A DNA stretch of 63,968 nucleotides, the filler included, from Choristocarpus tenellus KU-1152 (Eukaryota; Protista; Phaeophyceae), in the NCBI GenBank assembly GCA_964200185.2. It is 7 parts of 7 records of this genome, joined end to end, with 100 filler letters (N's around TTAATTAATTAA, not from the genome) between each part and the next. Parts side by side here need not be neighbours in the genome. Positions count along the whole stretch, not along the records: positions 51,367 to 54,881 come from CAXNAD020019516.1; positions 54,982 to 58,920 come from CAXNAD020017039.1; positions 59,021 to 63,968 come from CAXNAD020012417.1; 4 more parts are not named here. The stretch is one strand, 5' to 3'. Both the position numbers and the translations under genes were made by a program. Below are positions 51,367 to 62,500 of the stretch, piece after piece (position 1 is the first letter of the stretch; each line of letters begins with the position of its first letter). Below the pieces are notes generated by a model that saw nothing but the letters and a program-made list of their open reading frames with translations, was not told the DNA's origin and made no database searches.

Positions 51367-53188
51367 TTTTCCTTTGTTTGCGCCCCCCCCCCCCCCCATC
51401 CCCCTCTGTCCATTGCACACAAATGTAGGTGGAGAGTATCAAGATAACAATGAATCAAACTGAACCACAGGCAGCATCTCTTGTATGTGTAAGTTATTTT
51501 TGTATCAGAAGGAAGGGGTAGTTGCAGTTTCTAAGTATGGTCACACTTGTTTGGCTGATTGTCTTGTGTAGCATGGTTGTGGTGGTTTGGGGATAGATCA
51601 ACCTTAACCTGGGGAAGATTTGTCACACTATCATAGACTCTGCACTGAAGACAGTAGGCTGATCGTTCTAGTTGTGGTATTGGTGAGTCACAAGTGAAGC
51701 AGGGAATGATATGTATATGACATTTCGCATCGATCAGATGATGTTGACACCTGGCACCTTAACATGGGTATAAGGACATCTGCAGTATGATGCATGCACC
51801 AACGCACTAATTTCATGAGGAGAGGGCAGCTTACTGCTGACTTGATGTTAGGGGAGGGGGGAAGGGTCAGTGAATCATATCATGATAATTTAATCCTAAT
51901 GTATTGCAGTGCTGATTAAAAGTGTGTATCCCTAATTTCCTCTTCGCCATCCGAACTTCTAATCTGCATGGCACCAAACTCCTAAGTTATGCATACTTCA
52001 CATTCCAGTACTTTTTTTTATTATTATCACCTCTTCCCTCACCTCCCAAATATAGTATTATAGTATTCATGGTTGTAGGAGTGAGTCGTTGCCTGAAGCA
52101 ACAAAAAATAAAAAAGAGGACAGCTCTGTGGTTGATGCATGCAGTCGAACAAGCCCCAGAGCAATCTGGACTATGTTAATAGAAATAGGAGATCCTTCCA
52201 CTTTAATAGTACACCATCAGTCAGTTTTGACTGATAGCATAGCATCAATTCCTACAACCAGACAAACAGCTAACACCTGGTTGGAGGGGTGTGCAAGATA
52301 AGCATTTCGAAATGGAATGATAATGCTCTTCTGCAGTTTTCAATCAAGTTCAAAAAGTATGGGGACCCCAGAGAAGTGTAAAAGAACCACTTTCTGGTTT
52401 GTTACTATAAATCAAAGCAACATCACCGGCTAAGGCAGCTAACTCCATAAATAGTTAAGGGCAAGGGCAATGGCAGGCGATCACCTCATGGCATCTTCTA
52501 AGAAGGTCAAACTACAAAGGTAGAGACCGGCCGGGTTAATGAGAATGTGATACAAACACCCTTCTTGCCCACATTCCCCTACTCTGAACTAAAAACAGCA
52601 AGCACAAAATCCTATCGCTTCCCCCAAGGAGAGACCAGCACACACAAGAGACCTCAGAACAAACATCACTTGAAGATACTCATGTTTTTGAGCACTCGTA
52701 CAGGAATCAGTCAACCCTATCCTCCTCTCCATGCTTTCACTGGTGGGTACAAAGGAGTGTTGATGAACAGACTCTGTGCCCAGCACTTGGCATAGCATTT
52801 GGCAGTGGATCAAGAAAAGCATGTGCCTACCTACCATCAACTGACTGATTACTACAAACAGATATCTGATTACTACGTACTACACGCACCTGGGTAAAAA
52901 AAACAAAAATAGATATCTGCCCACTTAAGTGCGTACGGAGTTGTATCAAGTGGATAATGTAAGATCCATTCCAAGAGGTCACTCACTGACTCTTGATCAA
53001 CTCCTGCCAACAAAAAAAGTCCATGCTGATACATAAAATGATTTGTCTCTCTTATAAATTCACTCTGAAGCACCATGTCTGAAATATGATAATTGGACAA
53101 GTAACCCTCCCATCAGCTGGAGCTTGAAGCAGGTGGTATTTATTTAACACCAGGGTCATTCCATCAGTCATGGAACCACAAGCACTAG

Positions 53189-54830
53189 CTACTCATCGTC
53201 ATCTTGTCCACCACCATTGAGAAGGAGGTCAGTGAAAGAGGTCGGCTTTGCTCTAATGAGGTTGTCCTCACCGTAAGTCACCTGTGGCAAATAGCAACAA
53301 CGGCATGTTTGACAAGTTCACAACCAAAATAAAAGAAAATAGAAGACCAACCAAAGTGGGAACAGGTGGGCTCACACCTTTTCTCCTAGTGTTTGAATGT
53401 AGGAGTTGGTACATACTAGGGCCTACCACACACTGCAAAAAAAGCTTTTGTCTGTAGACCTTTGAACCTCAAGTACATTGTAAAAAGCAGGTACAACTTT
53501 GACTCAAATGGACTAGCCAAGTCACAAGTACGATGTAAGAAGTAGGTCAACTCCCATGTACGGTCTGTATCACTCTTCTATAGCAAAATGGCTCTTGTGC
53601 AATAGGACCACTGCCCCCCAAGGCCTTAAACAGTGTAGGTGTAACTGTAACTCAGTGCACTTGATGTTGTCTGTACTGGTACTCAAGAGAAGAGGAGAGG
53701 AGAGGAGGAAACACAAACTATCATCCTCCTTATTAACTGGTAGCAACAGAAGATTGTTGGGAGATGGATGGAGCACATGGGGACAGTCCAAGACAGGGAA
53801 CCCCCCAAACAAGGCGTAGGTACTCACCGTAACCTTCTCGATGACATCACCATCTCTTAGCCGTCCCAGAAGCTTTCGGTTCCCCACAACATACGAAAAT
53901 ATGGCGTATCTTTTAGGGAGTCAAACGAATGGGGCAGGGGGCAGGGAGGGGGCAAAGCTGTTGATAAAAATCGATAAAAAAGAAGATTCGAATCATACCA
54001 TTGCACTGCTTGGGTTGTAAGTTGGAGTCACAATTTCATTTTTTTTTTCTCCTCATTGTGGTTGTCATCATATATACATACACCAAAATAGGCCTGAACA
54101 TTTTCTGACTCCAAATCAGTTCCACCTGGCACTAAAAAAGGCCCCACTAGTTGGGGTTTTTTTATGTACGAGCACGTACTCATGCACACACCCCTGCACC
54201 CTGCAACATGCAGCATTCCTTTGCGAAGGCTACAACCCTGTGTCAAGACAGTGTCAAGATAAGGTACATACTACACAAAAGGTACAGTCTATTAAGGGGA
54301 GACGGAGAATAATACTAAAAAATCCTTTCTTTTCTTTTCCTATGCTGTACTTTTGAGTGAGGAAAGGTAGGCCTTCATCTTCAGGTGTGGGGGAATTATG
54401 ATATAAGTAGCAGCAGTAATACTGTAAAATTAGCACTTGACAGCATGCTAACTCTGCCCAATGGAATGTTGCTGGGCACAACAACTCACACCTAACCCCC
54501 TCCCCCTCCCCCTCCTTGCCCAAATTGCAACCCCTCCAAGGATGTGAATGCCCTTATCAATCGAAAAACATAAAACCACCATGGACAACAGCCAGCGTAA
54601 GAAATATCCATCCTCATGCCTGCCCGCCTCTCTTCCCCCTGCCTCCCCCAACTTGAAAAAAAAGATCGATGTCTCCCCTCTTACCTCCCATCTAAATTTT
54701 CTACAGAATCGTTCATGAGGAAACCTTCCTTCTCCAGATTCTCATCCCTTAGCCAGAAAAATTCACTTGAACCACCATTTCCATCCAGAGGAGGGTGATT
54801 CATCGCTATGGCACCAGGGATTCGGAACGT
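53189..54830 (-). CDS. CYP38/TLP40-like thylakoid-lumen cyclophilin-type peptidyl-prolyl isomerase, last 3 exons
   Basis: Exons 54830-54685, 53909-53828 and 53281-53189 give TFRIPGAIAMNHPPLDGNGGSSEFFWL..NLDGR|YAIFSYVVGNRKLLGRLRDGDVIEKVT|VTYGEDNL..*, matching the CYP38 C-terminus (GSSQxFW, LDGRYAVFGYV, GDVI). 5' part lost at the linker. Confidence 0.85.
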
Positions 54831-54881
54831 CTGAACAGGAGGGGACTTTGTAAAAACCTGGGAGGCGTCGGGGGCAAGGGG

Positions 54882-54981
54882 NNNNNNNNNNNNNNNNNNN
54901 NNNNNNNNNNNNNNNNNNNNNNNNNTTAATTAATTAANNNNNNNNNNNNNNNNNNNNNNNNNNNNNNNNNNNNNNNNNNNN
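54882..54981. other. artificial contig linker
   Basis: Identical 100-bp spacer. Confidence 0.97.
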
Positions 54982-55039
54982 TCTCTTTTCTTTAACTCCC
55001 TTTTTTTTTTTTTTTTTTTTTTTTAGACATAAGGAGGGG

Positions 55040-55217
55040 GGGGGGGGGGGGGGGGGGTTCTACACCAGAGTGTCCATTTGGGCCCTGATCAGGAAAGTGC
55101 ACTTACATTATCCATCTAACACATGCAACCAAAACCATCCAAAAATTGAGATATGGAAAAATAGGCCCCAGATGGACAGCCGCCACACCCCCCCCCCCCC
55201 CCAGATACTTCGAGTCA
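55040..55217. mobile_element. MITE subfamily C (related TIR, G/C-run subterminal region)
   Basis: tctacaccagagtgtccatttgg...aaagtgcactt..cattatccatc...atggacagcc...cagatacttcgagtc; inverted homolog at 58760-58920. Confidence 0.7.
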
Positions 55218-56034
55218 ATCGTAGCAAGTCAATCGCTATGATTATGATATTCAAATGCAATTATTCGAAACCGAAAAGTGAGGGGTGAATTTTCGATTGG
55301 TTACTTTGATATGAATGCGCGCTGCAGGCGTTACACGCGCATCTCGGCATTTCTCGCGCCTCCAGTCATACCATACGTACGTACGTACTCCTTTCAATTC
55401 AAGTCGAGTTCAAGTCGAGTACATGAATAATTTGCTGACTGATTAACTTGCACACCAAAAAGGTTAATCTCAATTTTTTGTACTGTAAAGTAGTTGTTTT
55501 GGACCTTTGTTTTGTTTGCCTTTTGTGTTGCACTACCTTCTCACCCTCTTGACCCATTTCCTTTATTAAAAGGAGAGGCTCGGGAGAAGTGAGTTGAGCT
55601 TCGTACATTCAAGAACCTGAGTACTTGTATTGAATCCAGTAATCGGGAGGCAGAAGCGAATACATGGGTAGGATATACGTGACTCTGGTCTTGGAATACT
55701 GGCTACAGAGTATAGAAAACGAGAGGATTTACAAGAAATGTAATGGTTCCACAAACATATTCTTGACCTCAATCCGCCTACACAACGCTTCCAATTTTTC
55801 TTTCACCTGCGTCAGAAGCATAGGAAGGGATCATACAGAGGTTGGGAATCAAGTTTGGAATAGGAAGTGGAGCAGCCCCTGGTCGGGAAGGGGAGATAAT
55901 GAGTTTGAATGCCTTGCAGTCTTGCACGCCAGAGGATTGGCTACCCTGTCTACTCAGAGGTGTTACAAATCAGCTTGAGAAAAATGGTCTGACTTCCGGA
56001 CGATGAGAGTGTTAGAACTACTACTAAAAGGGAG

Positions 56035-56881
56035 GTGGGAGGTGATTACGAGAAACCAGGCGACATTTTATTCTTGAGGAGAGTAGAAGGAGTCCTCAAG
56101 TTGAGACCGAAGAAGTATGGTCTACACTCCGGCAGGATTTGGGGGAAGACAAGAATGGCAACAATGTGGGCACCAGAAATAGAGACAGAGAGGGGAGAAA
56201 GATTGGAGTCGGAGTTTCTGTGGTATACGTCAGGGCTAACCAAAGAGACCCAGTGTGAGTGTGAAAAGGCTTGACAGAGAGTAGGAAGGACTGGTACAGC
56301 TGGCCAAAAAGGTGGACCTGTAAACTGGAAATAGACATCAAGTCAAATTGGTCAAACACCGGCGGGGTAGATGCTTTCTATTTCAAGAGCATGTTATGGG
56401 AGCGAATGATTGGTTCTGAGTGGTGTGGTGTGGTATCAAGTGATGTCGAGTGGTGTGGTGTAGAATGTTGTAGGCTGTGATGGAGGAACGTGGAGTGTCA
56501 TGGATGGAGGTAGAGTGGTTTGGAAGGATTGGGGAGTTACTGAACGTACAAAAATTGGTCGCATTGGTTGGTGAGTGGATACGTGAAATTCGTTCGGATT
56601 AGATACGCAGAAATTGGGGGGAGTTTCAGAATTTGCTAATATCTGTTATTAGACGAAATATGACAGTGCCTGATATACCTCAATACAACGTAGTGGTGGA
56701 AATGGAGCTGTGTCTACTGAAAGAGAAAGTAGTGACTATGCTGGAAAGTGTGCAAGAAGGAAGCAACCCGAACCTATGGACAGAAGCAATGAGCATAGCA
56801 TGTGCAATAACAGTATTTGTGATATCACCACGAACAAATGTGGGATACCACCTTTCAAGAAATGACACGACTTCTAGGTGA
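56035..56881 (+). mobile_element. Ty1/copia integrase relic
   Basis: TVPDIPQYNVVVE..LLKEKVVTML..NLWTEAMSIAC resembles the copia integrase core T.P.TPQ.NGVAER..LWAEA..A. Upstream LHSGRIWGKTRMAT resembles VHSDLWG. Fragmented by stops. Confidence 0.65.
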
Positions 56882-57419
56882 ACCTAAATAGCATTCAACA
56901 ATTTGGCACGCTGGATTTTCTTCGAGACACACGCCAAAAACATAACCACCACCATATGGGCGCAAATGCTGTTGAGAAGCTTGACGCATGTAAGGCTCGT
57001 CGCCGAAAGCTAGCAGTTGAATTACATGGTAAAACATACACTCAATATTAATTATCCACTGGGCCTTTGTCTTAGCCATCAATTATCTCTGACGAATGAC
57101 CAAAGACTGACCCATCATACCGCTATGCACGTTACTACTTTGTATTGTACCAAACTAAAGATAAACGCACGTGAAACCTATGTTATATACTTGTTTCAGC
57201 ACAGATAACGTAAGGATGACACTAGGTTATTCGACAAATGCATCATGCTCGGATGGCCATCATACACACCGCAGGGCACGAAATAGGTACTCAATCTGGC
57301 AACACGAGCGACAATGATATGACAGGATGTGATGTGGGACCCACAGGTGGAACAAACAGATGAGATCAAGCGTTCCCACAACAAAAGACAACAAGGCGTT
57401 GGAGCTGGTGGTACTGTCG

Positions 57420-57681
57420 GAGTCAAAGTATCTTAGAGGGTAGAGCGGCATTCGTCTGGGGATCAAAATCCCATTTTTCGATTTTGATTAAATTTTGGCT
57501 ATCATATTTGTTAGGAAGTGTGTCAATACCCTTGTTCCAGACACACGTTTTCATAACAAATGCACTTTACCTACTCCGAAATGTTTCGGAGTAGGTAAAA
57601 TATCATAAAAGACCTATGGGAAGGCCAAGCCCTAAACGGACAAACAGGGCAAAACCCGTGCCCTCTAAGATACGTTCACTC
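57420..57681. mobile_element. MITE subfamily A
   Basis: GAGTCAAAGTATCTTAGAGGGTA ... GCCCTCTAAGATACGTTCACTC; flanks gtcg/atcg. Confidence 0.85.
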
Positions 57682-58759
57682 ATCGAGCAGTTTAGCAAAA
57701 TGACAAACAACCAATATGAGGTAAAAGAGGCTACATAAGCAACTGGAGTCACCCAAAGTTCAAGGGAATCAGCCACAATAACCAGTGTCCAGAGAGCTCA
57801 GGCAAATTATTAATCTCTGGACTGGATAGCCTTATCCAACAATACCAGGTTGCATGAGAAGCAGAACAGTGGGAGCATCGACTGAGCAAAAGGTCAATGA
57901 CTATCGTGCTTCCATCAACAACAATAGCTTGACACTATGCAGCATCTTGAAGAAAAGAATGATGAAATCCAAATCAGGTGAAATGATCGAGGAACAGGTC
58001 CATGAGAACATTTCAATGCAAGCTCTGGTCTTGCCAGAGAGACTGGCATATAAACTTCCCCCTTAGCTATTAAATCTACCACAAGCCCTTTCCTCAGCAG
58101 AATCAAGGGATTGAGCGAAGGTGTTTGAATCTGAAGTGGAGGGGCTGGAAAAGAACAACGTCTTGGAAGCAGGTGGCATGCCCAACCGACCTCAAGGTAG
58201 TTGGAACTAAGATTGTACTGAAGTGAAGAGATGATCCCATCCTCTTACCTTCTCAATTATTCACGACTGAGTGTAATGTTGGGGAAGGGAGAGAAATATA
58301 GCAGGGTAGAAGAAGGGTAGAGATGTCTTCTATTATAGCCAAGGTATGGGCGTGGATGAAGGTGGAGTGATTTGGATTATTGTGGGGTGTTCTTGGATGA
58401 ATGCGGAGTATCATGGGCGGAGGTGGAGCGTTTTGGTAGGATTGGTATGGGTGTGTGTGGAGCATGGAAATTAGCCGCATTGTTTGGACATGGACATCAT
58501 ACGCGGAAATTGGCGGTATAGATTGAGTAGCAACATGGTGATGGTGTGGAGTTGGTGTTGCAACGAGGTGTAGTGATGTAGTGTTTGTGCGATAACAGAG
58601 CGATGGCGACGTCAGTTGTTGAGGAGAGGAGTGGATATAGTGATATTAGTGGCAAACTAGTTAATCCAGAATTCATGAACACAGCAATCACACTTACGCA
58701 TTATGAAGTTTACCATTTCTTCCTAATGTTTCCATATTAGATCATTTTTCCTTACTCAG

Positions 58760-58920
58760 TCTCAAAGTATCTGGGGTGGTGGTGGCTGTCCATTTGGGAC
58801 CAATTTTTCATATCGTGATTTTTGGGTGATTTGGTTCCATACATTGGATGGATAATGAAAGTGCACTTTTCCTGGTTTTGGTCCAAATGGACACTCTGGT
58901 GTAGACCGCGCGCCCCCCCC
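58760..58920. mobile_element. MITE subfamily C, inverted relative to 55040-55217, cut by contig end
   Basis: tctcaaagtatctgggg..ggctgtccatttggg...gatggataatgaaagtgcacttt...ccaaatggacactctggtgtaga. Confidence 0.7.
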
Positions 58921-59020
58921 NNNNNNNNNNNNNNNNNNNNNNNNNNNNNNNNNNNNNNNNNNNNTTAATTAATTAANNNNNNNNNNNNNNNNNNNNNNNN
59001 NNNNNNNNNNNNNNNNNNNN
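58921..59020. other. artificial contig linker
   Basis: Identical 100-bp spacer. Confidence 0.97.
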
Positions 59021-59575
59021 ACCCGTTTTTTCCGCCTCCCCCCCCCCCCCCCCCCCAACCCTGCCTGTCAGATACGCCGATCTGCATTTATCTATCAGCT
59101 CGTGCAAGTTGTTGGACTTGTAATACATCGCAAGAGAACAACAGGGAGAGAGGGAGAATAATGCCACAACAGCCCAGGGCTAAAATATAGTAAAAAAAAT
59201 CTTGTATCACATAAAATAAAAGGAAACATCAGCTTTTTTAATTTGCTGCTCATTCGTTGTACCCCACCTCCCCCCGCCACCGCGCGAAATTCTGCACGTC
59301 ACCTGAAGCAATAATGGGCGCCGGCTCTGGTAAGCATGTTATCGGGAGTTCAACAGACACATGAAAAACCTGCTTGAACTAACTACTGGACGAACAAGGC
59401 ATCATCAACAAAAACAATCTCGTATCCTCTGTTTGCAGTTGGTCAATCATTACTTTGCCAACATGTGCGCCCGCCCTCCTCCCCCCTCCTTCCCGCCCCC
59501 CGTCCCGATTATCTTCTTACTCCTATTCGTCATCCCCTTCATCCTCCTCTCTATATCATACTCTTCATCATCCTT

Positions 59576-62500
59576 TTATTCCTCCTCGTCCTCCTCCGCG
59601 TTGCTGATATACTCTGGGTCGTCTTCCATCGCAGAATCGCCGGCGCCTCTCCACACCTTGCGACCTTTCCCCTTTCCACCCGTGCGGGAAGAGGGACAAT
59701 TGCACTTTCTAGTGGTCATTGGCGTCAAGCCGGAGTCCGAATCCAGCACTTTGAACCCACGAGAACGCACTACCCTAAGACCCGGGAGCACATTGAATGG
59801 TGATCTCGTGTCATCCTTTGCCCAGGGTTTGCACACCCTTCCGACTACGGGCGTGACGAACATCTGCCCGGGGCAAACCTGGGAGAAGGGGAGGAGGACC
59901 TGGTCACGGCTTCCGCTCTGCGGCACTTTTGACGTCAATTCAATGTTGGTGTCGTCTGCCTTCTCGGTCCAACGCATGTAGTAGAGAGGGCAAGTGGCTG
60001 CCACTCGCAAGTAGAGCTCTGCGCCCAGCCCACACACCTCCATTCCAGGCGAGAGCATGTGCTTGAGCTGTCTGTTGTTGGCTACATGAAGCAGACGAAT
60101 GCACTGTTCTTCTTGGTCTTCAAGAGAGATCGAACTGAAGGCCTCTGATCGAGAGTTGCACACATCGAGATCACCCCACGCAGGGAGGTCATTTCCTCCT
60201 ATTTGTAGTCTTTCCCTTCAAGCGGGAATAAGGCCATTTCTGTGGGATTGGAGGACGAGCTTGCACGTGGCTGAGCATTGCGGAAGACAAAGACGGCGGT
60301 GGGGTCGGGTGAGGTGGAGGGATGTTGGGCGGGGGGGCAGAGTTCGGTGATTCATGAATGTTCGTGATTAGAAGGTAATCTCGTCCGAAGGTGGTGCAAA
60401 AACGTCAACCTTACTGTGGCAAAAAGTTAAACACACTACCGATCCAATGCTTACCCGCAAGGCCCATAGTTTTCTACGCGATTTATTTGGGTGCCGCATT
60501 AGATAGGTTAGGACTCGGGAATAAAAAAAACGTTTATTCTGCTTGCCGGTAACTAGACTCTGCCGTTCGTTCTTGATAAAATATGTAACTTAGTGCATTC
60601 TATATCACATTCACCTTGATCTGGTAGCCGAAGTCCGTCGCCATCGTCTTTGCAACGATAATGATCACCTCATCACGTCCCATTGCCTTTCTCTGAGGAT
60701 TGATGGCCGCTTCAAAACATCGCTGCGTCTCCATTGGGACGAGGGTCTGCCCCAAGGCTTCCGGCAGGTAGGAATGGCCTATCACGCGTTCTTGAACGAG
60801 AGACGTGGATACCTGGAACATCATGTGCGTACATGTGACAGCCAAACCATGTGGCATTGAAGTGGGTTAGCCATGTGATAAGGTTTCGTCATGTATGTAG
60901 GGGTTATTCCGACGTTGGTTCAAGATCTTGTGGTGTATCGCAGCACCTTTGGTTTTTGTTCGTGTGGGGAAGGAGGACATTACGATGTACCGACGCTCAA
61001 ACACAAAGTCTTGGGGTCTCGCGATTTCCAGCGGTGGTGTGGGGGTAACTGCGTGCACCGTGTTAGCAACGTGTAAACATCGACAAGGAAACATCACAAC
61101 AACAATCGCACGCCCGAGACCTATTCATAGGGAGCCAAGACAGACAACAAGTTGGAAAGTAATGGAAAAAAAGCCAGCACATCCTTCTTACCTTCCACTT
61201 GCCGTCCTTGTAGGCTCGGCCGAAGGAGGTGTCCATCTTCTCTTTCACCTCGTCCTTTGACGCCGCGTTGAACACGAACACCTCCACCCTCCTGTTTCGT
61301 TCAAGGGTCGCCTCCACCACGTTATGCCTCTCTGCGCTGAAGGAGGCGACGGTGTCCCCAGCATTCGTGTACCTATCATAGGAGGGCAGTTCGTCAATTA
61401 TCTCGAGGAGTACATTGTATAGCGCACGGATTCATCATATCGCAATGTATGAGTAACATACTGATACAGGGCAACACACTCTTGGTGCGGTTTGACGCTT
61501 AATGTACTGATTCAGGGAAACACACACGTGGTATGGTTTGACGCCCCTGAACCGTCACCCAGCTCGTTCTGTTACTGTTTAACGATCTCCTACACCGATA
61601 CAAAATAGGTCACTGCTCCTGTGAAGAAGGGTGTGTGTGACGTTATTAACGAACCTGTTAAGGAGGAAGTAGAGGGCCCTCATGGGGATGTCCGTTGCAG
61701 CACCTTGGTACTCGACGTCGCACATGATTTGGAGTACTGGAGGAGATAGATCCCTCCCGTGGCCAAAGATGTCGTCGACGGTCACTCGCTTGTTGCATGT
61801 GAACTCTGTCCCATCGTTGTGCGCGAGAAGAATCATGTCCAGTCAACATCTGAGATGGTTATCAGTGCCTGATTGAGGGCGCCCCCCCCTCCTCGTCTTG
61901 TATGTTAGGATTAGGGGATGATCCTCCACAACCAAGCCCACCTTCGACGCCATAAGAGACCCTGAATGAAGAGAAGGCGGGAGCGAGCGCATGGGTCCGG
62001 CATGCGTCAAACTTGACAGTGACATCACACAAGTAGGTATCGTACGGATTCCTGAAATCTCATACCACTAACATTATAATAGTACAATGAGTTTGGAACG
62101 CAAGGCAAATAACAAATGCAAAAAGTGCAAACATAGGAAATTCTGTAAGAGAAGGAAAGACGGCAAGAATAATGTAGTGGAGACAAGTTACACCAGCATG
62201 CGATTTGTGGACAATGAAACAAGGAACTACGAAGGATCCGGGGGAAAGAGCAAGAGACACAAGAGGAAATAGAAGGTACGAAGAACATGAAACAACATGG
62301 GGAAAGTGAGAAAGAAAGACACACGACATCATCCGCATCTCCTGAACGGCCGCACAATATTCGATCGGCACACGGACGGACTGACAACGGCCATGGCGGA
62401 TTGCAATAGTCTCCCGCAATATACCCCGTATTCCAGCGCTGGCGAACTCTGCAACTCACCGTTTAGGCGGTGTAATTGCGCAGCCCACAGGTGGGGCACA

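Noticed and set aside
55040-58920. Composite transposon: inverted MITE-C copies bracketing a copia integrase relic
   Set aside because: Both copies sit at contig ends where G/C homopolymers break the assembly. Independent insertions of a common MITE are simpler, and no TSD can be checked.
20980-59020. Six TTAATTAATTAA palindromes within N runs as a biological motif, and any gene cluster spanning them
   Set aside because: Identical 100-bp artificial linkers with stops in all six frames; neighbouring contigs are not demonstrably adjacent.
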